Source: Nitrospinota bacterium (lineage in GTDB: Bacteria; UBA8248). From it: 36,828 nucleotides of DNA. Positions 26,905 through 35,932 of this stretch are shown one piece after another; position 1 is the stretch's first letter, and each line of letters starts with the position of its first letter. The position numbers and the translations under genes are program-made. The notes under the pieces are model-generated. The model had not been told where the DNA came from and searched no databases. It worked only from the letters and a program-made list of their open reading frames with translations. The stretch is taken from the NCBI GenBank assembly GCA_030754595.1, contig JASLZZ010000119.1, forward strand, positions 1 to 36,828, written 5' to 3'.

Positions 26905-27753
26905 ATGCCCAAAATTAGGTGGAAAAATGGCGCACGCTGCGCAGTTTGTCTGACTTTCGATGTTGACGGAGAATCGCTCTGGATATCGCGAGACCCGCAT
27001 CTCGCTCACAGACCTATCCACAACGCCATGGGAGCCTACGGCCCAAAGGTTGGCGTCCCGCGGATTATCAAACTGCTGGAAAAATACTCGCTTCCCGGAA
27101 CTTTTTTCCTGCCGAGCTGGACAGCGGAGAAGTGGCCCAAGATGACCGAAGGCATCATGAAGGGAGGGTATGAGATCGGCCATCACGGCCACCTGCACGA
27201 AAAACCTTTTCAGCTTGCCGATGCGGAACGCGAAGAAGAACTTCTCATTCGCGCTCTTGAGATTCTCGAACGTCTTACCGGCCAAAAACCCACCGGCTCG
27301 CGGACGCCCTCCTGCGATCCAAGCGTCCACACCATGGATCTATTGAAGAAGCACGGCCTACTCTACCACTCGAACCTCATGGACGACGACTCGCCCTACT
27401 ATCATCCTTGTGGCCTTGTCGAACTTCCCACCAAGTGGACGCTCGACGACTTTATCTTTTTCGGCTTTAGCGGGAGTCCGCCCTTCGGTCATGGCATCCG
27501 CGACGCCGAGTCGGTCTACTCCATGTGGGTTGAGGAATTCGAGGGTACCTACGAGGAAGGCGGCTACATCAACTTTATGTGTCACCCCCAGGTCATCGGG
27601 CAGCATCACCGCATACGAATGGTCGAGCGACTGATCAAACATATTCTCGAAAAAGGCGATTGCTGGTTCGCCACGACGGGACAAGTAGCGCGCCACTGGG
27701 CCCGGCAGGTGAGGCCTCCGAAGGGCCTACCGAAAAAGCGTTCCAAAAAATAA
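26905..27753 (+). CDS. Polysaccharide deacetylase family protein (PuuE/HpPgdA-like)
   Basis: LTFDVD, YGPKVGVPRI, EIGHHGHLHE, MDDDSPY, CHPQVIG; ATG 26905 after GGAGG. Confidence 0.9.
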   Translation: MPKIRWKNGARCAVCLTFDVDGESLWISRDPHLAHRPIHNAMGAYGPKVGVPRIIKLLEKYSLPGTFFLPSWTAEKWPKMTEGIMKGGYEIGHHGHLHEKPFQLADAEREEELLIRALEILERLTGQKPTGSRTPSCDPSVHTMDLLKKHGLLYHSNLMDDDSPYYHPCGLVELPTKWTLDDFIFFGFSGSPPFGHGIRDAESVYSMWVEEFEGTYEEGGYINFMCHPQVIGQHHRIRMVERLIKHILEKGDCWFATTGQVARHWARQVRPPKGLPKKRSKK

Positions 27754-27769
27754 ACCAATGCCCGATTGG

Positions 27770-27956
27770 TGCCGGGGCCGTTTGCCTAACAGCATATATT
27801 CTCATCGGGAACCGCTACGAGGAGCGGGATTTGCTCGCCCGTTACGGCCCGGCCCATGAGCGCTATGCCGAGGTGGTTCCCGCCTTTTTTAGCGGCGCCT
27901 CGAATCTTCGTCGGCGAAAGGAAAAACTCAGGCCTTACGGCCATGATGATTCCTAG
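27770..27956 (+). pseudogene. C-terminal remnant of an ICMT/MddA-like membrane methyltransferase
   Basis: LTAYILIGNRYEERDLLARYGPAHERYAEVVPAFF matches the EExxLxxxxGxxYxxYxxxVP tail of this family; the upstream body is missing. Confidence 0.65.
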
Positions 27957-27969
27957 CGCATGAACGTGC

Positions 27970-28440
27970 CTAAAGGATCGGCGAGAGCCAGCCCAAAATT
28001 GTGCCGTAGATGGTATGCGCCACAACCGCTGTTTGCCAGGCGCGAGGATGCGTTTTCACCGAAAAAAACCCATGTTTCGTTATGAATGGACTAAAAACAC
28101 ACTGGGAAAAGATGAAAAGCAGGCCGCCGAATATCAACCCGCGCACCACAGAAGCCCCGGGCAACTCCGGCCCCACCAATGTAGCGTAAATCAAGGCGAA
28201 AACAATGCCATTCAGATGAACCGAAATGAGCCCCAATACATACGGCGGGTTTCCGCCGTAGGACTCGCCGAAAAGGAGCATGGAGAGCCCCTTTCCGAAG
28301 TCGAGTTTCACCATTCCCACCCGACCCGCGGTCAAGGCGAAAACCATATGAAAGTAGGTGGCCAGAAAACCCGCGGCCGCGACTAACAACAAAAAATCGA
28401 GCTTCACTTTCTCCTCCGAAAATTTAACCATGAACTCCAA
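27970..28440 (-). CDS. Uncharacterised 4-TM membrane protein
   Basis: Hydrophobic helices with VHLNGIVFALIYA, RGLIFG, AHTIYGTILG; start uncertain (28440 or 28431). Confidence 0.8.
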   Translation of the reverse strand: MEFMVKFSEEKVKLDFLLLVAAAGFLATYFHMVFALTAGRVGMVKLDFGKGLSMLLFGESYGGNPPYVLGLISVHLNGIVFALIYATLVGPELPGASVVRGLIFGGLLFIFSQCVFSPFITKHGFFSVKTHPRAWQTAVVAHTIYGTILGWLSPIL

Positions 28441-28542
28441 AAATTAATTCGCAAGGCGCGAATTGATTCTTGGACACAGATCCTCTCTCATCAATAGATT
28501 TCTCGATGCATTAACCGCTTGCTCTTTCGCCCCCTTCAAGCC

Positions 28543-29733
28543 TCAACCGGTGTACTCCAAAATGTGCATTCCGGCGCCATTCCTGTCGATTAGGTAGAGT
28601 CTCCCCTCATCGTCCATGCCAATATCGTTCGATTGACAGCAACGCTCCCCAAAATTCATTTCAGGCACAAAATACCCCACCTCCTTTGGGTAGAAGGGAT
28701 CGGACACATCCATCGCGCGGAGCCCCGCATTGAAATACGTGAGGAAGATAATGTTTGGCCAGGGATTTTGTCCCGGTTTGTACTCGAGAATGTTATGGGC
28801 GCCGAACCGTTTCCCACGATCCAAGTACTTGCCTCGATCCGGCATGAAGGCCGAAATCGGGATCGGATTCGTCTCGTCTCGAATGTCGATGATCCACATA
28901 AATTGGCTGCCCCGGTAGTTCGTATGGGCCCGGGCCTCGTCCGTGGCGATGACGTAGGGTCGGTCATCCACGGGCCAGACCGTGTGGGTGGAACCGACAA
29001 AGGGAGGAGACCAGCAGAGTTCCGAGACATGTTTAATGTTTTTCAAATCCGAGCAGTCGGCGATTCCCATACCGCCGCCCCAAAAACCGCAATACATCCT
29101 GTCTCCGCGAATAACCGCCGGACCATGGCACTGGGTGGTTTGCTCCATGGTCTCCGCCTCCTCGTAGGGGAGGTTGAGCGAAAGGTCTTGCTCGGGAAGC
29201 CCCCACAAACTCAGCAAATCTGGCTTTAGCGGATCGCTTATGTCCACCGTCCAACTCACGCGATTCCGCCAACCCTCGGCGTCGTTGGGGATAAAAGCCA
29301 GGTGACGCTCATTGTCCACACCGAAACGGTGAGGGCCATTCCCGGGCAGGTCGTAGAAACCCACTTCCTTTGGGGAGGCCGGGCTGCTTATATCGAAAAT
29401 CTGTATCCCCGCCCGGGCGGCTTCCCCCTCCGGGGTCTTCAGGCGCTCGTTGTTGACGTAGAGGAGATCGTCGCCGACGACGCGAACCTTGTGATTATGA
29501 ATTCCGGGAGAGGCCTTAACTTCGGCCACCCTTTTTGGTTTCGCCGGGTCGGAAACATCGTGTACCGTAAATCCCTCGGGTCCGTTGAAGCCGGAGCTCC
29601 CCACCGAGCCTACGTATGCGAAGCCCTTATGAACCTCGACAAGACTCCCACCGCCCCAAGCCGCGCTGGAGTCATGACCCAATAGCTTGAAATTTTCTAC
29701 CTCAGCAGGATCGCCCACCTTTCCTACGGTCAT
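28543..29733 (-). CDS. LVIVD-repeat beta-propeller protein
   Basis: Repeats FTVHDVSDPAKP, IQIFDISSPASP, WTVDISDPLKP, WIIDIRDETNP, LRAMDVSDPFYP; ends GMHILEYTG. Confidence 0.88.
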   Translation of the reverse strand: MTVGKVGDPAEVENFKLLGHDSSAAWGGGSLVEVHKGFAYVGSVGSSGFNGPEGFTVHDVSDPAKPKRVAEVKASPGIHNHKVRVVGDDLLYVNNERLKTPEGEAARAGIQIFDISSPASPKEVGFYDLPGNGPHRFGVDNERHLAFIPNDAEGWRNRVSWTVDISDPLKPDLLSLWGLPEQDLSLNLPYEEAETMEQTTQCHGPAVIRGDRMYCGFWGGGMGIADCSDLKNIKHVSELCWSPPFVGSTHTVWPVDDRPYVIATDEARAHTNYRGSQFMWIIDIRDETNPIPISAFMPDRGKYLDRGKRFGAHNILEYKPGQNPWPNIIFLTYFNAGLRAMDVSDPFYPKEVGYFVPEMNFGERCCQSNDIGMDDEGRLYLIDRNGAGMHILEYTG

Positions 29734-29768
29734 GAAATTTCTCTCCCCTGAGTTATTTAAAAAAATGA

Positions 29769-30641
29769 TCAGTCCTTATTTTCATATACCTCGATTACCC
29801 GGGCGCAATCATCCTCTTTCCAACCGGCGGCCTCGGCGCGGCGGAACATATCAAGACCGGCGGCCGTCATGGGAATTTCCATACCGCAGTCCCGCGCCAC
29901 ATCCAGGCATAGACCCAAATCCTTTACATATATCCCCACCGAAGCATGCGGAGTGAAATTCCGATCCAGAATTTTTTCGCCCTTAAGATCCAATATATGG
30001 CTAGCCGCAGCATTCGCTTTCAGGCATTCCAACATTAATTCCTTTGAAAGTCCCGAACGCTCGCCCTGTAAAAGTCCCTCCGATAAAAGAGCGACTCCCG
30101 CGTTTACGATCAAATTGGTGACCAGCTTCATCGCGCAAGCCGAGCCGTTTTTCCCTGTATATGTGACACTCTTGCCGAGAGGCGAGATGATCGGAAGGAT
30201 TCGGTCGAAAACCTCTTTTTCCCCGCCCACCATGTACGCCAGCGTCCTCGCTTCGACATGCGGAACCGTTCCGGAAACAGGAGCGTCCACCATGTCCACC
30301 CCTCGGGTGGCGAGTTTCTCGGCCAGTGCAGCCGACCAGGCGGGGTGCATAGTGCTCATTTCGATATGAATAAGACCTTTTTTTCCGCTGGCCGCGATTC
30401 CATTGGGGCCAATCGTGTTTTCCTCGATATGCTCCTGCTTGAGGAGCATCGTGAAGACAAAATCCGACCACTCGGCCACCTCGGCGGCGGAACCCACCGG
30501 GGAGCCGCCCGCCTCTTCGAGCATCCGGCCCCGTGACGGGTCAATATCGAATCCACTCACTTCGTGGCCATCCTCCATCAACTTCTTCGATAAGGGCAGC
30601 CCCATTTTGCCCAACCCGATAAAACCCAGTTTTTCACCCAA
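29769..30641 (-). CDS. NAD(P)-dependent beta-hydroxyacid dehydrogenase (3-hydroxyisobutyrate/tartronate semialdehyde reductase family)
   Basis: GFIGLGKMG, DAPVSG, MKLVTN catalytic Lys, KDLGL; TTG start after GAGGAG. Confidence 0.92.
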   Translation of the reverse strand: MGEKLGFIGLGKMGLPLSKKLMEDGHEVSGFDIDPSRGRMLEEAGGSPVGSAAEVAEWSDFVFTMLLKQEHIEENTIGPNGIAASGKKGLIHIEMSTMHPAWSAALAEKLATRGVDMVDAPVSGTVPHVEARTLAYMVGGEKEVFDRILPIISPLGKSVTYTGKNGSACAMKLVTNLIVNAGVALLSEGLLQGERSGLSKELMLECLKANAAASHILDLKGEKILDRNFTPHASVGIYVKDLGLCLDVARDCGMEIPMTAAGLDMFRRAEAAGWKEDDCARVIEVYENKD

Positions 30642-30903
30642 TTTCAGGATCTCCTCAATAAATTCCAGGGTGGACGCCGCACCGCCCGCGCTTCCGGGGC
30701 CCCGGCGCCACCTCGCCGGGGGCTAGCTCCGAATCGGCTATATATTATCGGTTGGCACTACCGCTTCCCTTCTCTTACGAATAGAATAGCGCGGCTCATG
30801 GGTGATGGTTTACCCTAACTCCGGGACGTGAATTTGCCAACATCCTCAGGAGTTTAACGCCTCCGGCACAACCGCCGTTCCCGATCTTCTAAAGAGAAGA
30901 ATT

Positions 30904-31983
30904 ATGCCAACCACCCCACTCCAGGAAATGCTCCAGTCGGAAGGAGCCATTTTCGGCGAGGTATCGGGCTGGATGATACCAACCAATTTCGGAGACTCCG
31001 TGGAAGAACACCGTGCCTGCCGGGACGGCGCCGTGGTCGTGGACTTATCTCACAGGGGAAATGTTCGGTTTTCAGGTTCCGACGCCGTAAAATTTCTCCA
31101 TGGAATGCTTTCCAACCGTGTGGAAGAGCTTCTCCCCGGTGAAGGCGTATACACCACCTTCCTCACCCGTCAGGGGAAATTCGTGACGGATTTACACCTT
31201 TACCGCAGGACCGATGATCTCATGGCGGATCTCGCCCCCGGCATGGCCTCCGTTCTGGCCGAGGCCATTGAAATGTACATCATCATGGATCAGGTCGAGG
31301 TGGAAGACCTTTCCGGCTCGGTGTCCACGGTGGGTCTTTTTGGCCCGCAATCATCCACCTGCCTGATGCGCGCGGGTCTCGGTCCCGGTGAATTGACCGA
31401 GCATGGGCACACCGAAATAGACGGCGCTTTCATTTCCCGCGAACTCTGGACGGGAGAAGATGGTTACTTGCTTACCGTTCCCGTTGAGCGAAGCGAGGCC
31501 ATATGGAAAACGCTCACCGGCTCTGGCGCCATGCCCGCTGGCCTAACCGCCTTCGACACTTTAACTCTCGAGGCGGGCGCTCCTCTTTTCGGAGTTGATA
31601 TGGATTCATCCATCAACCCCATGCAGGCTGGTCTTGAGACCAAGGCCATTGATTTCGAAAAAGGCTGCTACATCGGTCAGGAGGTTATCGCGAAGATCAA
31701 ATATTTAGGCCAGATCAACAGCGGGCTGGCGGGTATTCGCATCGAGGGAGACTCCATTCCAGCCCCGGGCGCAAGAGTCGTATCGAACTGCGAGGATGTC
31801 GGAGCCCTGACGCGCGCAGCTTTCTGCCCAACGCTCGGTAAGGTCATGGCCTTCGGGCATATTCACCGAAAAGCAATGGCGCCGGGAACCGGAGTCACGG
31901 TACGAGACGACAATCTGGAGGCGACGGGAGAAATTGCATCCCTCCCCTTTTATTTTAACAAAGAACTTGAAGATCACCTATAA
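30904..31983 (+). CDS. ygfZ: Folate-binding YgfZ/GcvT-like protein
   Basis: DLSHRG, GSDAVKFL and the YgfZ signature KGCYIGQE. Confidence 0.85.
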   Translation: MPTTPLQEMLQSEGAIFGEVSGWMIPTNFGDSVEEHRACRDGAVVVDLSHRGNVRFSGSDAVKFLHGMLSNRVEELLPGEGVYTTFLTRQGKFVTDLHLYRRTDDLMADLAPGMASVLAEAIEMYIIMDQVEVEDLSGSVSTVGLFGPQSSTCLMRAGLGPGELTEHGHTEIDGAFISRELWTGEDGYLLTVPVERSEAIWKTLTGSGAMPAGLTAFDTLTLEAGAPLFGVDMDSSINPMQAGLETKAIDFEKGCYIGQEVIAKIKYLGQINSGLAGIRIEGDSIPAPGARVVSNCEDVGALTRAAFCPTLGKVMAFGHIHRKAMAPGTGVTVRDDNLEATGEIASLPFYFNKELEDHL

Positions 31984-31995
31984 ATCGAGGTTTAA

Positions 31996-32577
31996 ATGGA
32001 GCTTAATCTTATGCCTCGCCGCAAGATATTCACTTTGGATGAAGCAAGAAAATTACTCCCTGAACTTAAGCCCCGGCTAGCCTCCGTTCAAGAAACCTGG
32101 TCGGAAATAAGCCCCTACCGCGAGGAGGCAAGCCGTTTGGCCCGGAGAATCGACGAGGGCGGGGCCACGATATCGAACCCGAATGATTACCTGCGGCTGT
32201 CTCATGAAATGAAGTCGCAGTTATCATACTTCAAAGAATTGGGAATCAAAGTCAAGGATATTGCCTCGGGATTGATTGATTTCCCCTCTATCCTGGACGG
32301 CCGCGTGGTGTATTTATGCTGGAGAATGAACGAAGAGACCATCTCGCATTGGCACGACCTGGATGCGGGATTTGCCGGGAGACACCCCCTCGATCCCCCC
32401 CGCCGGGGGGTTAATTCGGTTGACCTCCCACCATCTCCGGCGCATATTGACGAATTAGAGGGCGTCGGTGGCCGTAGGAAATCCGCCGTTAACGGCGAAC
32501 TTATTGCCATGACATTGATGCCGCCGCCTCAAGAGAAGGATGAGTTTTCTTTTCATTTTTTTCGAAGACCTAATTAA
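31996..32577 (+). CDS. DUF2203-like protein (3' end possibly over-extended)
   Basis: FTLDEARKLLP, VKDIASGLIDFP, VYLCWRMNEETISHWH, GFAGRHPL; the last ~55 codons look non-conserved. Confidence 0.8.
   Translation: MELNLMPRRKIFTLDEARKLLPELKPRLASVQETWSEISPYREEASRLARRIDEGGATISNPNDYLRLSHEMKSQLSYFKELGIKVKDIASGLIDFPSILDGRVVYLCWRMNEETISHWHDLDAGFAGRHPLDPPRRGVNSVDLPPSPAHIDELEGVGGRRKSAVNGELIAMTLMPPPQEKDEFSFHFFRRPN
32420..32448 (+). promoter_or_regulatory. Candidate sigma-70 promoter for pckA
   Basis: TTGACC-17 nt-CATATT about 155 nt upstream of the pckA start. Confidence 0.45.
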
Positions 32578-32602
32578 TAGAGTCGCTTCAGGAGGAATTT
32601 GA

Positions 32603-34243
32603 ATGACTAAGGCCGTACAAGGGCGAGCATCAAATACATCGGCCGCTTCACCCGTTTCAAACAATTTATACGGTCTGAAAAAAATCGGACTTCGAAATCT
32701 GGGCAATGTCTTCCGAAACATTTCCGTGCCTACTCTGACAGAGATGGCCGTTGCCCGCGGGGAAGGTTACTTGGCGCGCAACGGCGCCTTGGTCGTTGAT
32801 ACCGGCAAATATACCGGCCGATCTCCCAAGGACAAATTCACGGTGGATCAATATCCATCGACTAAAGATATTTGGTGGGGTCCGATCAATCAGAAAATAT
32901 CGGTTGAAAATTGGGACCATATTTTCGAAAAAGTTAAAAGCTACCTCCAATACAAAGATGTTTTTGTCTTCGACGGATTTGTGGGCCGGGACCCCCGCTA
33001 CAAGCTTCCCGTCCGGGTTATATCTGAGCAAGCATGGCACTCGCTTTTCTGTCAGACACTTCTCGTCCGCCCGACGTCCGAAGAGCTCAAAAATCACAAA
33101 ACGCAATTTACCGTGATTGATGTCGGCCGCTTTCACGGCTCCGGCGCCGCCGAAGGGATCCGAAAAGAAAACTTCACTCTGGTGAACTTCGAAAAGCAGC
33201 TGGTACTCGTCGGCGGTTCGGAGTACGCGGGGGAAATTAAAAAATCGGCGTTCTTTCTGATGAACTATTTACTTCCCCAGAAAAACGTATTTCCAATGCA
33301 CTGTTCGGCCAATGCTGACGCCAAGGGGGACACCTCGCTTTTCTTCGGCCTCTCGGGAACGGGAAAGACCACCCTTTCGGCCGACAGCCGGCGACGCCTA
33401 ATCGGAGATGACGAACACGGCTGGTCCGACAAAGGCATCTTCAACTTCGAGGGTGGCTGCTACGCCAAAACAGTTGACCTCAGCCGCGATAAAGAGCCTG
33501 AGATTTGGGATGCAATTCGCTTCGGATCGGTTCTGGAAAATGTCTATGTTGATCACGCTACCCGCGAGATCGATTACACGGATATCCGCTACACCGAGAA
33601 TACACGGGCTACCTATCCGGTAGACTACATAGAAAATTGCGTCCTTTCGGGGATGGGCAGCCACCCGAAAAACGTCTTTTTTCTCACCTTTGACGCTTTT
33701 GGAGTCCTCCCCCCCATCAGCAAGCTCAGCCCCGAACAGGCCATGTACCATTTCCTTTCGGGCTACACGGCGAAAGTCGCCGGCACCGAGGCCGGTATCG
33801 ACGAACCCGAAGCCACGTTTAGCACCTGCTTCGGGGCCCCCTTCCTCGCCTGGCACCCGAACCGCTATGCCGAACTGTTGCGGGAGAAAATTAAAAAGCA
33901 TAAATCCCAGGTCTGGCTCATTAATACGGGCCTGAACGGCGATCCGGCCGCAAATCCGGACCGCGTTTCACTTAGTGATACCCGCACCCTGCTTACCGCG
34001 GCGATTGAGGGAAAGCTGGCCAAGGCGCCAACCATCAAAGACCCCGTATTCGGCCTTCAAATTCCCAAGAGTTGCCCCGGCATTTCGGCCAAGAATCTCC
34101 ACCCGTGGAACGCCTGGCGCGGCCGGAAAAAATACGATCAAAAGTCCCGTGAATTGGCGGCCTTGTTCCAAGATCACTTCAAGAAGTTTGAAGATCGCGT
34201 ATCGAAAGAAGTCATTGCCGCGGGACCAAATCCCGGCAGATAG
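32603..34243 (+). CDS. pckA: Phosphoenolpyruvate carboxykinase (ATP)
   Basis: TGRSPKDKF, YAGEIKK, MHCSAN, FFGLSGTGKTTLSAD, LIGDDEHGW, NFEGGCYAK, TENTR. Confidence 0.97.
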   Translation: MTKAVQGRASNTSAASPVSNNLYGLKKIGLRNLGNVFRNISVPTLTEMAVARGEGYLARNGALVVDTGKYTGRSPKDKFTVDQYPSTKDIWWGPINQKISVENWDHIFEKVKSYLQYKDVFVFDGFVGRDPRYKLPVRVISEQAWHSLFCQTLLVRPTSEELKNHKTQFTVIDVGRFHGSGAAEGIRKENFTLVNFEKQLVLVGGSEYAGEIKKSAFFLMNYLLPQKNVFPMHCSANADAKGDTSLFFGLSGTGKTTLSADSRRRLIGDDEHGWSDKGIFNFEGGCYAKTVDLSRDKEPEIWDAIRFGSVLENVYVDHATREIDYTDIRYTENTRATYPVDYIENCVLSGMGSHPKNVFFLTFDAFGVLPPISKLSPEQAMYHFLSGYTAKVAGTEAGIDEPEATFSTCFGAPFLAWHPNRYAELLREKIKKHKSQVWLINTGLNGDPAANPDRVSLSDTRTLLTAAIEGKLAKAPTIKDPVFGLQIPKSCPGISAKNLHPWNAWRGRKKYDQKSRELAALFQDHFKKFEDRVSKEVIAAGPNPGR

Positions 34244-34291
34244 ATTTTGACTTCCGGCGCACATTCCAACCGTTGAAAAGGAGCGTTGAGC

Positions 34292-34477
34292 ATGCCTGTC
34301 GTCCATGTTAATTTAATCAAGGGCCGGACGAAAGAACAAAAAGCTTTAATGGCTAACGAAATTTCGGAAACGATTCACAAGCATTCGGGCGCGCCCAAGG
34401 AGGTTGTCATCGTCACTTTTAACGATGTGGATCCAGATTCATGGGCTCAGGGGGGAACCCTGTTTTCCGATAAATAA
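34292..34477 (+). CDS. 4-oxalocrotonate tautomerase family protein
   Basis: M-PVVHVNLIKGRTKEQK with catalytic Pro1 and W-x-x-GG tail; ATG at 34292 after AAGGAG. Confidence 0.92.
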   Translation: MPVVHVNLIKGRTKEQKALMANEISETIHKHSGAPKEVVIVTFNDVDPDSWAQGGTLFSDK

Positions 34478-34502
34478 TCAATAATGCCGGGGGGGCTTTT
34501 GA

Positions 34503-35351
34503 ATGAGTTTTCGAATTGCCGTCGTTCAGCCCATGAGCCATATGCCGCCCGGCGACGGGAAAAACGTCGCCGATGCAATCGAATTTATCGAAAGAGCGGC
34601 GGCGCAGGGGGCCGAACTCGTCTCCTTCCCCGAGTCCTACCCCGGTCCGTGGAGGATGCCGGCCACTTTCGATCCGAATGAGGCCATGACCGAAGCGGCC
34701 AGCCGTTGCGGCGTTTATGTCCAGTACGGAACACTCGAACCCATCGACGATGAAGAGGGCACCGCATACAACCTCCTGATGCTGGCACGTCCCGGCGGTG
34801 GCGCTCCGGGAAAGTACCGGAGGACTCATCCTCCCGGCCCCTGGATTTATAAAGGCGGAAAATACTGGGACTTCGCGTACACCGCCGGAGATGAATATCC
34901 GGTATTCGAAACGCCCCAGGCCCAGGTCGGGCTTGCAATGTGCAGCGAAGTCTATATGCCCGAGGTTTCCCGAGCGCTTTCCATCCGGGGCGCGGAGATT
35001 ATCTTTCTCCCCGCTGGAGTGGACAAAAGGAAACTATGGGCAACCTGGCGTAACTTGATCTGGTCACGGGCGATTGAAAACCTTGCCGTCGTCGTCACCA
35101 CACAGAATCTCTTCGATAAATCCCAGCGGGGACTTGCCATGGTCGCCACACCCGAGGAGGTCATATTCGAGAGTACTCAGGAGGGAATGTTCCTCGTGGA
35201 TGTCGACCTCGAACGGGTCCGGGACCTCAGAGCCCAGGAAGATACCCCGGGTTCCGCGGAGGAAAACGCTGCCAAGGCCGGCGTCCTTTCTCAATGGCAA
35301 CGGCCCGAAATGTATGACAAATTTCTGCCGAAAGAGAATGTAACCAATTGA
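34503..35351 (+). CDS. Carbon-nitrogen hydrolase (nitrilase superfamily)
   Basis: IAVVQP, AELVSFPE, GLAMCSE, GAEIIFLPAG, SRAIEN, VDVDLERVR. Confidence 0.9.
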   Translation: MSFRIAVVQPMSHMPPGDGKNVADAIEFIERAAAQGAELVSFPESYPGPWRMPATFDPNEAMTEAASRCGVYVQYGTLEPIDDEEGTAYNLLMLARPGGGAPGKYRRTHPPGPWIYKGGKYWDFAYTAGDEYPVFETPQAQVGLAMCSEVYMPEVSRALSIRGAEIIFLPAGVDKRKLWATWRNLIWSRAIENLAVVVTTQNLFDKSQRGLAMVATPEEVIFESTQEGMFLVDVDLERVRDLRAQEDTPGSAEENAAKAGVLSQWQRPEMYDKFLPKENVTN

Positions 35352-35374
35352 TTATTAGAAGATAATCCATCCCC

Positions 35375-35400
35375 CCCCGGCAGAATTGCCGGGGATTTTT
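35375..35400 (+). terminator. Rho-independent terminator
   Basis: CCCCGGCA-GAAT-TGCCGGGG followed by ATTTTT after the nitrilase stop. Confidence 0.7.
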
Positions 35401-35416
35401 ATGTCAGAGGCCATCC

Positions 35417-35932
35417 ATGCCGCGAAGCTATTTCTTGATTCTTTACGGACACCTCATCTTTGCTTGTTTTTTTATAGGCGGAATGTCCTTTTTTTCGATC
35501 CTCGTAAAAAATTTACGGAAGAGGCTGAGTCCAGATGAATTCGCCGGAGAAGTAGTATCGATCCTCCGCTTCTATCATCCGTTCATTTTACTTTGCATGG
35601 GAATACTAATCATGTCAGGCGCCTGGTATCTGACCGGCGTCAAAATTGCGATGGGCCCGTCCTTCGGCGCCCTCTTTGTTCCCCTTGGGCTTAAACTGGG
35701 AGTGGTGTTCCTGGCTGTGATGGGATTGAGCTTTCAGTTCTTCGGACTAGGGCTGCGGCTCACCAGGGGGATTGGACCCTCCGGAAATGGCCGCACTATT
35801 TCGGACGGAACCGACGAGCGGCTTCGTCTAATAAGTGCAGTCGAAAGATCGAATTTCGTCAACTTGATATTCGCTCTTTCAGCTGCCTTTCTGGGGCTCT
35901 CAATGTCCTGCCTGCCGGTTTCGAGGATATGA
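35417..35932 (+). CDS. Hypothetical 4-TM membrane protein (CopD-like N-terminal motif)
   Basis: HLIFACFFIGGMSFF, ILIMSGAW, LGLKLGVV; GAGG RBS. Confidence 0.65.
   Translation: MPRSYFLILYGHLIFACFFIGGMSFFSILVKNLRKRLSPDEFAGEVVSILRFYHPFILLCMGILIMSGAWYLTGVKIAMGPSFGALFVPLGLKLGVVFLAVMGLSFQFFGLGLRLTRGIGPSGNGRTISDGTDERLRLISAVERSNFVNLIFALSAAFLGLSMSCLPVSRI

Noticed and set aside
30752..30770. TGGCAC as a sigma-54 promoter upstream of the ygfZ-like gene
   Set aside because: No TTGC at the required -12 spacing.
30904..31983. Call as glycine cleavage T protein (gcvT)
   Set aside because: Carries the KGCYxGQE signature of YgfZ, and no gcvH/gcvP genes are adjacent.
28543..35351. Other TGA-ending genes (LVIVD, dehydrogenase, nitrilase) as selenoproteins
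   Set aside because: Their TGA falls at the expected protein end, not at a conserved Cys position.
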